DNA of 64,000 nt from Bacillota bacterium (lineage in GTDB: Bacteria; Bacillota; Sulfobacillia; Symbiobacteriales; Symbiobacteriaceae), in assembly GCA_049324875.1 (NCBI GenBank), contig JBMONC010000063.1, positions 5,012-69,011 of the forward strand, written 5' to 3'. Shown one piece after another: positions 51,152-60,317 of this stretch; the first letter of the stretch is position 1; each line of letters opens with the position of its first letter. Below the pieces are notes generated by a model. It made no database searches. It was given only the letters and a program-made list of their open reading frames with translations, and was not told the DNA's origin. The position numbers were made by a program, and so were the translations under genes.

Positions 51152-52777
51152 CTACATCTTGGGCTGGTACCCAATCCGGATCGCTCCCCACTGCCGCCCG
51201 CGCACATAGAGCGGCATCGCCATGGCCAGCACCACGTCCCCCGAGTCCAGGGCGTAGGTCTGGAGCAGGAAGGGGCGCTCGGCGGGCTGTCCGGGAAGAC
51301 CGGCCAGGTCCTGCCGGGTGATCAGCAGCTTATCGATCAAGGCTGGGGGGAGTCCCACCCGGGCGGCCTTGCGGGGGCTGGGATCGGTGTTGAAGAGCCG
51401 CTTGATCCGGTTGGTTCGCAGGTCCTGCTCATGGTTGCCGGTCCAGTCGGCGGCCATGTTCCGCCCATGAGCGACCGTAAAGGCATTGAGATCCAGCACG
51501 GTGCTGAACTGAAGCCCGCCCTCGGCAATGGTACGGTCCATCACATCGATCAGGGGCCGGTCAATCAGATGGTCGTAACCGGTTCTGTACTTGGGCGGGG
51601 TAAAGCCCTGCGGCGGAACCCTGTCTACCCGGAAGAGCCGCCCCAGCGAGGCGATGGCGCTGCCCTTGATCTCCTGGTACTGGTAGTCCCAGAGGTCCTC
51701 CAGGCGAACCTCGCGGCCGGCCACCGCCCGCTCCAGAATCGCTTCCGCCTCTTCGACTGCGCCCTTGAGCAGCATGCGCATGCGATCTGCCTGACTGCCA
51801 ATGTAAAACCGGCCCAGGGCCGCCTGCGCCTGCTCAGTGATCTCGGAAACCGCCAGGTTCCGAGTCAGGTTCATCGACTCGGAAGCCTCCTGAATGCGCC
51901 CGTTGAGATCCTGGGCGGTGGCTGCCATCTCCTCGGTGGCGGCCGCCTGCTCTTCTGCCACCGCTGCGATGGACTCGACCGCCCCGGAGACCTCATTGAG
52001 CAGCACCTGGACCTGGTTCAGCCCACCGGTGGCCTCCCGGGCCTGCGAACCTGTCCGGGCAGCGGTTTCAGCCATGGCCGCCGTGGCATCGCTCATGGTG
52101 GCGATGGCCGTCTCCATCGAGGCCACCTGTTGCTCAATCTGCTTGACCAGTTGCTCGGTGCGGTCCGCCAGACGCCGCATCTCCTGCGCGACGACCGCAA
52201 AGGACCGGTCGTTGGCGTGAGCGGCCTGTATCGCCGCGTTGAGCGCCAGCAGACGGCTGGTGCCGGCGACGCCCTGAACCGCCTTCAGCCCGGCGGCAGC
52301 CTGGCGGGTCTGCTCGACCAGATGGGCAAAAGAGTCCTGGACCGCCTTGGCCTGACCCTCGACCTGGTCGATGGCGCCCAGGATCAAGGTGACGGCTTCC
52401 AGGCTCCGCTCCCCCGCCTCTCGCATGCGGCCGGCCGCCTCTGCAGCCTGGTGCGTGTCCTCCGCCACCTTGGTGACGCCCCGGGCCAGCTCCTCGGTGC
52501 CCTCGCTCAGCCGCTTCACATCGCTGTTCTGGCCCTCCATGATCGCGGTGAGCCGCCGCAACTGCAGCACGTGGAGCGCTTCCTTTACACCCATGGTGGT
52601 CACGGCCCGATCCAGGGTGGTCAGTGTGGCGACCACCTGGCCCAGGAAGGCGTTCACCTCATCCGCGGCGACCTGCCATTCTGCCCCCGCTTGATCGAGG
52701 GGGAGGGGTCTCTGAAGGTCAGCATGTTCCCGGTTCAGTTCATGAAAGAGATTCTGGATCAGCTCATGCGCCTGCAT
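51152..52777 (-). CDS. Soluble MCP-like protein: N-terminal methyl-accepting signalling domain, C-terminal unassigned sensor-like domain (paralog 1)
   Basis: No TM-length hydrophobic segment. Signalling hairpin tip GTSRLLALNAAIQAAHANDRSFAVVAQEMRRLADRT. The C-terminal ~210 aa (LFRVDRVPPQGFTPPKYRT...DLNAFTVAHGRN...NRIKRLF...LLQTYALDSG...GRQWGAIRIGY) is shared with the gene at 53354. RBS GGAGGA. Confidence 0.75.
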   Translation of the reverse strand: MQAHELIQNLFHELNREHADLQRPLPLDQAGAEWQVAADEVNAFLGQVVATLTTLDRAVTTMGVKEALHVLQLRRLTAIMEGQNSDVKRLSEGTEELARGVTKVAEDTHQAAEAAGRMREAGERSLEAVTLILGAIDQVEGQAKAVQDSFAHLVEQTRQAAAGLKAVQGVAGTSRLLALNAAIQAAHANDRSFAVVAQEMRRLADRTEQLVKQIEQQVASMETAIATMSDATAAMAETAARTGSQAREATGGLNQVQVLLNEVSGAVESIAAVAEEQAAATEEMAATAQDLNGRIQEASESMNLTRNLAVSEITEQAQAALGRFYIGSQADRMRMLLKGAVEEAEAILERAVAGREVRLEDLWDYQYQEIKGSAIASLGRLFRVDRVPPQGFTPPKYRTGYDHLIDRPLIDVMDRTIAEGGLQFSTVLDLNAFTVAHGRNMAADWTGNHEQDLRTNRIKRLFNTDPSPRKAARVGLPPALIDKLLITRQDLAGLPGQPAERPFLLQTYALDSGDVVLAMAMPLYVRGRQWGAIRIGYQPKM

Positions 52778-53285
52778 GGGGTATTCCTCCGTGGCGCGCG
52801 TGCTTGGGCGGGGGGAATGCGGATGGCAGCCCAGCCGACTCCTTGAGTCCTGTGGCTTTGCGTCCCCGCCTCACGACGGGTTTGCCCTGATACACGCCGC
52901 TATAGTCTTGACTACTAGATTCCGTTCCCCAATGGTCTCTCCTGCACCGTTTCTCCTATGTAGGCGAACATTGATACGCAAGGACTAAGTAAGAGCCATC
53001 CACAACGAATGCCGCTCGCAGTTCGCTGCCAAAGCCGACCTGCGGCCATATCCCCCGATACCGGCGGCTCGGGGCAGGGTTTGCCCCGGTTTCCTGCACC
53101 AGGAGGCTCCGGGCGCTCGGATCCCAGCGAAACGCTTCGTCACTGGCTCACCTCGCTGTTTACATGATGCTTACGAAAGATCCTGGCAACCTGGGATGGG
53201 AAGGGCGCCGCTTGCATTCTAACATAAAATCCAACAACCGCAACCAATAGGTTGCGACAAGGAGGAACCCCGTACAGCAGCATCA

Positions 53286-53319
53286 GGGGGACTCGCGGCA
53301 TGGCGCCGGCGAGTCCCCC
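53286..53319 (-). terminator. Hairpin after MCP-like paralog 2
   Basis: 11-bp stem GGGGGACTCGC / GCGAGTCCCCC with a 12-nt partly paired loop, 35 nt below the stop at 53354. No U-run. Confidence 0.55.
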
Positions 53320-53353
53320 TGGTCTGCTCCAATCTCCTGGACGACTCTCCCTG

Positions 53354-54976
53354 CTAGTGCTCAGGCTGGTAGGCGATGCGAACCGTTGCCCAGCGCCGGC
53401 CCTGAACGAACAGGGGCATGTTCAGCGACAGCACCACGGCCCCCGAGTCCTGGGCATACGCCTGCAGGAGGAAGGGGCGAATCCGCTCCGGACCGGGCAA
53501 CCGGGCATGTTCGGCGGGACCGATGAGCGGCTTGTCCTGGAGCGCCGGCGGGAGACCGACCCGGGCGCCGTACCGGTTGTTGGCGTCCTGGGTAAAGATC
53601 CGCTTGATCCGATTGCCTCGCAGGTCCTGCTCATAGTTGCCGGTCCAGTCCTGCGCCGAGTTGCGGCCGTGTGCAATCACAAAGGCGTTGAGATCAACCA
53701 GCGCACAGAAGTGGAGGTTGCCCTCATGAATGTACCGGTCGGCGATCTCCATCAGCGGAAGGTCGATTTTCTGGTCATAGGAGGTGCGGTACTTGGGCGG
53801 GTTGAAGCCCTCGGGAGGCACCCGGTCGACCCGGAAGAGGCGGGCGAGACCCGCGATCTCCGCGCCCTTGATCTCCTTGTAACGCACATCCCACAGGTCG
53901 GAAAGAGGCACCGCCCCCTGGGCCACCAGCCGCTCCACCGTCGCCTCTATCTCCGAAGCAGCTCGGTCAAGCAGGGCGCGCATGCGGTCGGACTGGCTTC
54001 CAATATTGAAGCGGCCCAGGGCGGCCTGCGCCTGCTCCGTCACGTCGGAGACCGAGAGGTTGCGGGTCAGTTCCATCGAGGCGCTCGCCGCTCCGATCCG
54101 CCCCTCCAGGTCGCGGGCCGTGCCGGTCATCTCCTCGGTGGCCGCCGCCTGCTCCTCCGCCACAGCGGCAATGGACTGGACCGCTGCGGAGACCTCGCCG
54201 AGCATCCCATGAACCGCCGCCAACCCCTCGGAGGCGGTGCGGGCCTGATTTCCCGCGCGGGAGGCGGTGGCAGACATCGTCTGGATCGCCTCGCCGGCCG
54301 CCGTGATCGCCCCTTCCATCCCGGAGACCTGCTCCTCGATCTCCCGCACCAACTGATCGGTCCGGTCTGAAAGGCGGCGCATCTCCTGGGCCACCACGGC
54401 AAAGGAGCGGTCGCTGGCATGGGCCGCCTGAATGGCGGCGTTGAGCGCCAGCAGCCGGCTGGTACCCGCCACGGTGCGAATCGCCTTCAGCCGGTCGCCG
54501 GCGGCGTCGGTCTGCCGGACCAGCAGGGCGACCGCCTCCTGGACCTTCAGAACGTCGCCCTCCATGGCGTAGACCGCCTCCAGGACCCCGCCCATCACCT
54601 GCAGGCTCTCCGCGCCCGTCGTCCGCATCCGCTCCGCCGCTTCTGCCGCCTGGTGGGTATCCTCGGCAACCCGGGTAACGCCGGCCGCGACCTCCGAGAG
54701 GCTGCTGGTCAGGCGTCCCACATCACCAGTCTGCTCCTGCAGGATCTGCGAGAGGCGCCGGATCTGCAGGACGTGGAGCGCCTCCTTCACCCCCATCTTG
54801 CCGACCGCCTTGTCCAGCGTGGTCAGGACCTCCGTCACCCGGGCAAGGAAGGCCTGGAGCTCACCAGCCGCGGCCCTGTCGGAATCCGGCCCCCCGAGGT
54901 CAACCGGAGCACGCAGGTCCGCATGCTCCTGGTTCAGACGTTGAAGTGTCTCGCGAAGATGATCGAGCAACTGCAC
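53354..54976 (-). CDS. Soluble MCP-like protein, same architecture (paralog 2)
   Basis: Tip GTSRLLALNAAIQAAHASDRSFAVVAQEMRRLSDRT. C-terminal domain LFRVDRVPPEGFNPPKYRT...DLNAFVIAHGRN...NRIKRIF...LLQAYAQDSG...GRRWATVRIAY. Judged by eye, more than half the residues are identical to paralog 1 across the full length. Confidence 0.75.
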   Translation of the reverse strand: MQLLDHLRETLQRLNQEHADLRAPVDLGGPDSDRAAAGELQAFLARVTEVLTTLDKAVGKMGVKEALHVLQIRRLSQILQEQTGDVGRLTSSLSEVAAGVTRVAEDTHQAAEAAERMRTTGAESLQVMGGVLEAVYAMEGDVLKVQEAVALLVRQTDAAGDRLKAIRTVAGTSRLLALNAAIQAAHASDRSFAVVAQEMRRLSDRTDQLVREIEEQVSGMEGAITAAGEAIQTMSATASRAGNQARTASEGLAAVHGMLGEVSAAVQSIAAVAEEQAAATEEMTGTARDLEGRIGAASASMELTRNLSVSDVTEQAQAALGRFNIGSQSDRMRALLDRAASEIEATVERLVAQGAVPLSDLWDVRYKEIKGAEIAGLARLFRVDRVPPEGFNPPKYRTSYDQKIDLPLMEIADRYIHEGNLHFCALVDLNAFVIAHGRNSAQDWTGNYEQDLRGNRIKRIFTQDANNRYGARVGLPPALQDKPLIGPAEHARLPGPERIRPFLLQAYAQDSGAVVLSLNMPLFVQGRRWATVRIAYQPEH

Positions 54977-55117
54977 CCTCTCCTACTCCTCCGGCAGCGC
55001 AGGGGGCGCCGGGGGTCAGATCAAAATTCAGGGAACTAAGATTCACTTGTCATTATCATTTCCCTTTCAAATCCCAATCATTTGATCCGAAGTCTATCCG
55101 GAAGTGCTACGGGCGCC

Positions 55118-55160
55118 CGAAAAAGGAGGAGCCCCGACTCACGCGTGGAGTTCGGGGCTC
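55118..55160 (-). terminator. Intrinsic terminator downstream of ponA
   Basis: GAGCCCCGA / TCGGGGCTC stem (55129-55160), followed on the minus strand by CTCCTTTTTCGGG. Confidence 0.7.
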
Positions 55161-55284
55161 GCACCTATGGATTGGCACCGTCTGGGGCGGCCGGCTTGTC
55201 CGGATCCTTGCCGGAATCGGTCCTCCCTGGCTGCTTCTTGGCAGGCTCCTTCTTCTCGGGCTCCCGCTCGCCGCTGTCCGGCCC

Positions 55285-57588
55285 CTACAGCCAGTCCCAG
55301 AGACCGGTCCGCTGGCAGGTGACGGTGGGCAGCTCGTTGGCCGCATCGGCCGGCACATATTTCGGATTCCAGGGATCGGTCGGATGGGTGACACGGGGCT
55401 GGGGCCGCCTGATAAAGACCCGATCCACCGGCTTGCCCGGACAGCCCATCTGCCAGAGCTGCCACTGCGGATAGGTCGACTTGCCGTCCGGGCTCTTGGC
55501 CTGCACCAGGACCGCCCTGGCCTTCACCAGCAGGTTGCCCGCTCCCTTCGGCTCGGTCCCCCTCACGAAGAGTTCCTGACCCACCTGATCCTTCGGGCAG
55601 AGCTCGTTGGGCAGCATGCCGGTGGACCGGCATACGGACAGACTCACCACATCCGCCGGGCGGGGCCAGTCGGCGGGCCGCTCCGTCACCGCCCCGGTCA
55701 TGATCCGGTTCCAGATCTTCACCGGCTCGAAGGCGCCCGTCCAGGGCAGGTGATTATCGGGGTTGTCGTAGCCGTTCCAGACCGTCACCACCAGGTCCGG
55801 GGTGAAGCCGGTGAACCAGGCGTCCCGGTTGTTCTCGGTGGTGCCGGTCTTGCCGGCGGCCGGCCAGCCCCGGAAACCGCCGGTGAAGCCGTAGGCCGTC
55901 CCCTTCCTGACCACATCCTTCAACATGTCGATCATCAGGTAGGCCGAGGCGGGCTTCACCACCCGCTCCTTCTCCGGATGGGCCTCGAAGAGCACCTGCC
56001 CGTTCCGGTCGACGATCCTGGTCACGACGGTGGGCTCCACCTTGACGCCCATGTTGGCGATGGCGCTGTAGCCGGTGGCGATCTCCAGGACCGTGGTGCC
56101 CTTGGAGATGCCGCCCAGGGCCAGGGCCAGGTTCTCATCCTCCCGGGTGATGGTGGTCAGGCCGAAGCGGCGGGCGTAGTCGGCCGCCTTGGCAGGACCA
56201 CCGGCGGCCTGCATCGCCCGGACCGCCATGGGGTTGATCGACTGCTCCACCCCGAAGCGCATCGGCTTGAGGCCAAGGTAGCGGAAGTCGTAGTTCTGCG
56301 GCCAGACGCCCTTGCCGTCGTTGGACCGCATCACCGGGGCGTCGTCGAGAATGGTGGCGGGGGAGAGCCCGGCCTCCAGGGCCGGCAGGTAGGCCACCAG
56401 GGGCTTGATCACCGAGCCCGGCTGGCGCAGGGCATCGGTGGCCCGGTTGAACTCCAGCATCCCCGCCCGCTCACGCCCGCCCACGATGGCCAGCACCTGT
56501 CCGCTCTTCGGGTCCATGGCGACGACCGCCGCCTCCGGCTTCGGCCCCTTGCCGGAGATCCCGTACTCCCGCTCCGCGGCGGCCATCTGGTCGGCGACCG
56601 CCTGCTCCGCCAGCGCCTGCAGCTCCGGGTCCAGGGTGGTGTAGACCTTCAGGCCCGCCCGGGCCAGCGAGTCAACCTCGCCCAGGTTCACCCCGTACCG
56701 CTCCGCGAGGCCCGGCTTGGTCCCCTGGAGGATCGTGATCACGTAATCGACGAAGTCGTTGCCCTCCGCCTGCGCCTTTCGCTCCTTGGAGCCAAGCACC
56801 GGCTCGAACGCCTTCGCCTCCGCGTACTGCTCCTGCGTGATCAGCCGCTCCTTGAGCATGGCGCTCAGCACCAGGTTCCGCCGCTCGATGGAGTCCTCCC
56901 CATGCTCATAGGGGTCAAAGTAGCTGGGACCGTTGATCATGCCGGCCAGCTGGGCCCCCTCCGCCAGGTTCAGCTCCCCGACCTCCTTGCCAAAGAAGGT
57001 CAGCGCCGCGGCTTCGATGCCATAGGCGCCGCGGCCGAAGTAGATCTGGTTCAGGTACATCTCCAGGATCTGATCCTTGGTGTATGTCCGCTCCAACTGG
57101 ATGGCGATCCAGGCCTCCTGCAGCTTCCGCTTGATGGAGACCTCGTGGGTGAGCCAGCCGTCCCGCGCCAGCTGCTGGGTGATCGTCGAACCGCCCTCCA
57201 GCCGCCCGCCGGGAAGGCCGAGCATGTGCAGTGTTGAGCGCCAGGCCGCCCGGGCGATGCCCCGGGGGTTGATCCCCTGGTGCGACTCGAACCGAGGGTC
57301 CTCTATGGCGATGAAGGCGTTCCGCACATGGGCCGGGATCGCCTTCAGCTTTACCGGTGTGCGGTTCTCGCCCCCGTGGAGCCGGTAGGCCTCCTCGCCG
57401 TGCCGATCGTAGATCACCGTGCTGGTGGACCAGTCCAGTTGGGTGAGATCCGGGGCGGTCGCGATGACGCTGCAGCCCGCCAGGAACAGCCCGACCAGGG
57501 CCAGAAGGATGGCTGTCAGCCCCATCGCCCAGAACGGGCGCCTGCTCCGTTTGCCGGGACGCCGGCGCGCCGCCTGCTGATCCTGCAT
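55285..57588 (-). CDS. ponA: Class A penicillin-binding protein (PBP1A: glycosyltransferase + transpeptidase)
   Basis: N-terminal TM anchor. GT51 motifs IEDPRFESHQGIN, GGSTITQQLAR and RKLQEAWIAIQLE. Transpeptidase motifs SVIKP (SxxK), SIN (SxN) and KTGTT. Confidence 0.9.
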   Translation of the reverse strand: MQDQQAARRRPGKRSRRPFWAMGLTAILLALVGLFLAGCSVIATAPDLTQLDWSTSTVIYDRHGEEAYRLHGGENRTPVKLKAIPAHVRNAFIAIEDPRFESHQGINPRGIARAAWRSTLHMLGLPGGRLEGGSTITQQLARDGWLTHEVSIKRKLQEAWIAIQLERTYTKDQILEMYLNQIYFGRGAYGIEAAALTFFGKEVGELNLAEGAQLAGMINGPSYFDPYEHGEDSIERRNLVLSAMLKERLITQEQYAEAKAFEPVLGSKERKAQAEGNDFVDYVITILQGTKPGLAERYGVNLGEVDSLARAGLKVYTTLDPELQALAEQAVADQMAAAEREYGISGKGPKPEAAVVAMDPKSGQVLAIVGGRERAGMLEFNRATDALRQPGSVIKPLVAYLPALEAGLSPATILDDAPVMRSNDGKGVWPQNYDFRYLGLKPMRFGVEQSINPMAVRAMQAAGGPAKAADYARRFGLTTITREDENLALALGGISKGTTVLEIATGYSAIANMGVKVEPTVVTRIVDRNGQVLFEAHPEKERVVKPASAYLMIDMLKDVVRKGTAYGFTGGFRGWPAAGKTGTTENNRDAWFTGFTPDLVVTVWNGYDNPDNHLPWTGAFEPVKIWNRIMTGAVTERPADWPRPADVVSLSVCRSTGMLPNELCPKDQVGQELFVRGTEPKGAGNLLVKARAVLVQAKSPDGKSTYPQWQLWQMGCPGKPVDRVFIRRPQPRVTHPTDPWNPKYVPADAANELPTVTCQRTGLWDWL

Positions 57589-57701
57589 CGGAACCTTCCC
57601 CCTCTCTCGCGCAGTCCGCGCGGCAGCCCAAGTATATGTTATGTAAACTGTTCAGTCAATCTGCTTCTGTTTCCGCTGGTGGCAGCGGCTGGCAGGGGGG
57701 C

Positions 57702-57737
57702 AAAAAGGGCACCCCCGGCGCCAGCAGGCGCCAGGGG
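57702..57737 (-). terminator. Intrinsic terminator after rsfS
   Basis: CCCCTGGCGCC / GGCGCCGGGGG stem (57712-57737), followed on the minus strand by TGCCCTTTTTGCC. Confidence 0.7.
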
Positions 57738-57767
57738 TGGGTCTTTACAGCTATCCGTTTCCTTCGA

Positions 57768-58187
57768 TCAGCCGGCGGCGGGAACCTTCAGATCGACCTC
57801 CACCGCATCGCCCCAGAGGCGCTCCAGGTTGTAGAAGGAGCGCTCCTCCTCCTGCATGACGTGGATCACCAGGTCACCAAAGTCCAGCAGAATCCATTTG
57901 CCGTTCTGGTACCCTTCCATGTGGTGCAGCCGGAGACCCTTCCTTTCCAGCTGCTCCTCCACGTTGTCAGCGATCGCACGCACGTGGGTGCTGCTGGTGG
58001 CGGAGCAGATGATGAAGTAGTCAGCGACCGTGCTGATGGAGCGGATATCCAGAATGCGGACCTCCTTGGCCTTCTTCTCATCGGCGGCGTAAGCGGCCAA
58101 CTGGGCCATTTCGGCGGATTCTACCAACCTGGCATTCCCCTTTCCAACGAACAGTCTTCCGTCTACTGTACCGTATTCCATCTGCAT
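57768..58187 (-). CDS. rsfS: Ribosomal silencing factor RsfS
   Basis: KKAKEVRILDIRSISTVADYFIICSATSSTHVRAIADNVEEQLERKG......EGYQNGKWILLDFGDLVIHVM..E.R.FYNLERLW. ATG 58187 has AGGAGG 9 nt upstream. Confidence 0.9.
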   Translation of the reverse strand: MQMEYGTVDGRLFVGKGNARLVESAEMAQLAAYAADEKKAKEVRILDIRSISTVADYFIICSATSSTHVRAIADNVEEQLERKGLRLHHMEGYQNGKWILLDFGDLVIHVMQEEERSFYNLERLWGDAVEVDLKVPAAG

Positions 58188-58247
58188 GCGCAGGTTCCTC
58201 CTGAATATTCGTTAGTCTTTGGGAAAACCTTGCCCGAGGCGGGGCCC

Positions 58248-59600
58248 CTACCGGACCGACTGCGGGGCGCCCAGGATCACCCGCACCGCCCCGTTGGCGC
58301 TGGGGCTGGGCTCCTCCACCATCTCGACCTCCAGCCCCTGGGCGATCAGCGAGCGGGCGATCAGCAGGCTGCGGCTCTTCTCCCGGGTGGTGGGGATGAT
58401 CCGGGTCTTCGCCGGGGGCTCGCCCGCAGGCGGGGCCACCAGCGAGGCGACGAAGCCCTGCTCGGCCAACCGGGCGACCACCTCAGCCGCCCGCCCATCA
58501 CCGGGGGCCGCGGCCACCTCCACCGCCACCTGCGATGCCTCGGCCGGATCAATGCCGTGGACCAGCCTGTCCACCAGCTTCCGGGTCTCAACCGGATCGT
58601 GGATGTAGTAGCTCACGGGCTGCTCCAGCTCGGGGTCGTAGACCGAGGCCCCGGTTCCCGGCAGCGTGACCATCTCAATGGAGGACTTGTCCAGGGAGGC
58701 CGCCAGCATGGCCATCGAGGCCAGGCGGGCCGGCTCCACCGTCGACTCCACATACCGGGCCAGCTTGGTGATCAGGCTCGGCAGGGAAGCCAGGTTCCCC
58801 GGCTTCATCACCTGGTCGATCACCGTCCGGATGAACTGCTGCTGGGCTCGAATGCGGCCCAGATCCTCATCGGGATACCCCGTTCCATCATTGTTATGGC
58901 GCCAGCGCACAAATTCAAGCGCCTTCTGGCCGTTAAGTTTTTGCCGCCCTGGCTCGAAGTGGATGTGCAGGTCCTGGATGGGGTCGTCGTACTCCATCTT
59001 GAAGGGGATGTCGACCCAGACGCCCCCGATCTCATCGATGGCGCGGGTGAAGGCCTGCATATCGACCACCACGGTGTAGTGGATCCGTACATCCAGCAGG
59101 TCCTCCACCGTCTTCAGCGCCCGCAGGTTGGCGGGGAACTTCTCGTCGCCCACCCCGTAGGCGTAGGCGTGGTTGATCTTCTCGATCTTCCCCTTGCCCG
59201 CAAGGAAGGCGCGGGTATCCCGGGGGATCGAGATCACCCCGACCCGCTTCTCCTCCATGTCCACCGAGACCAGCATCATCACGTCGGAGCGCAGTTGCTC
59301 CTCGTCCAGGGCCATCAGGAGGATGTTGACCCGCTCCCCCTCCCGCACCGGGGCGGCCCGGACCTCGGGGGCGACCTCCGGGGAGACGGGGACGTAGCTC
59401 TCGCCCACGGCCATGCCCACCGAGGAGACGACGTAGATCACCCCGCCGGTGAGCAGGGCCGCGACCACCAGGACAGCGGCACGCCAGCCGCTGAGGCGGC
59501 CCCGCCTGGGGCGCCGGTCCCCGCCGCGGCCGCCCGGCCCGCCGGTCCCGCGGGTCGAGCGACCCAACAGGCTCGCATAGGATCCCTCCACCCCCGGCAC
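58248..59600 (-). CDS. LytR-CpsA-Psr (LCP) family cell-wall polymer transferase
   Basis: Basic N-terminal tail plus TM anchor. LCP block NILLMALDEE..RSDVMMLVSVDMEEKRVGVISIPRDT. C-terminal LytR_C-like domain. The start is GTG 59600 or 59591. Confidence 0.8.
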   Translation of the reverse strand: MPGVEGSYASLLGRSTRGTGGPGGRGGDRRPRRGRLSGWRAAVLVVAALLTGGVIYVVSSVGMAVGESYVPVSPEVAPEVRAAPVREGERVNILLMALDEEQLRSDVMMLVSVDMEEKRVGVISIPRDTRAFLAGKGKIEKINHAYAYGVGDEKFPANLRALKTVEDLLDVRIHYTVVVDMQAFTRAIDEIGGVWVDIPFKMEYDDPIQDLHIHFEPGRQKLNGQKALEFVRWRHNNDGTGYPDEDLGRIRAQQQFIRTVIDQVMKPGNLASLPSLITKLARYVESTVEPARLASMAMLAASLDKSSIEMVTLPGTGASVYDPELEQPVSYYIHDPVETRKLVDRLVHGIDPAEASQVAVEVAAAPGDGRAAEVVARLAEQGFVASLVAPPAGEPPAKTRIIPTTREKSRSLLIARSLIAQGLEVEMVEEPSPSANGAVRVILGAPQSVR

Positions 59601-59618
59601 CTCCTTGCTGTAGATCGG

Positions 59619-60185
59619 CTAAAGCTCCTGCAGCAGCCAGTTGCGCGCCTCCACCGAGTACCGGTGAAGCGCCCACCCCCGCTGGATCACGTAGATGATG
59701 GAGTTGTCGAGGGCGTGGAGCAGGGCGCGGTTCAGGTCCGCTTCCGCCTCCGCCCGAATCGCCTCGACACCCGGAAAGCGACGGCCCGGCTCGATGTAGT
59801 CCGCCAGCCAGATCACCTTCTCCAGGAGGCTCATGCCCGCCCGGCCGGTGGTGTGGTAGCGGATGGCGTCCAGCACAGCCGGGTCGGTCACCAGCCCCTG
59901 CTCCGCCAGGAGGGCGGCTGCCACCGGCCCGTGGAGCAGCTCTGGCTGCGCCTCCTCCGCCGGATCGACGATCAGCCCCCGCTGCCGCCCGTGGGCCAGC
60001 AGCTGGTCGGGCTTCATCCCTTTGCCATAATCATGCATCAGGGCGGCGACCGAGACCTGCTGGGCATCGGCTCCGTATCGACTGCCCAGCGCTCGCGCCG
60101 TCTCCAGCACCCGGTAGGTGTGGGCCAGCCGCTCCCCACTGATCTGATTCGCGAGGGCTCGCTCCAACTCCCGCCAGTCGGCCAA
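59619..60185 (-). CDS. yqeK: HD-domain bis(5'-nucleosyl)-tetraphosphatase YqeK
   Basis: RLAHTYRVLETA......AALMHDYGK...IRYHTTGRAGMSLLEKVIWLADYIEPGR. TTG 60185 with GGGGGAG upstream. Conserved position next to nadD and rsfS. Confidence 0.85.
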   Translation of the reverse strand: MADWRELERALANQISGERLAHTYRVLETARALGSRYGADAQQVSVAALMHDYGKGMKPDQLLAHGRQRGLIVDPAEEAQPELLHGPVAAALLAEQGLVTDPAVLDAIRYHTTGRAGMSLLEKVIWLADYIEPGRRFPGVEAIRAEAEADLNRALLHALDNSIIYVIQRGWALHRYSVEARNWLLQEL

Positions 60186-60254
60186 CTTTTCTCTCCCCCC
60201 GTTCGCTCCTTAGACGTTTCAGGAGCAATTCGAGTTCCGGCAATCTCTGGTCTC

Positions 60255-60290
60255 AAAATGCCGGGGAGCTACCCATCCGGGCAGCTCCCC
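60255..60290 (-). terminator. Intrinsic terminator after the S8 protease gene
   Basis: GGGGAGCT / AGCTCCCC stem (60263-60290), followed on the minus strand by GGCATTTTGAG. Confidence 0.65.
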
Positions 60291-60317
60291 TTCGATATTC
60301 ACTTGCTCGGCGGACGG

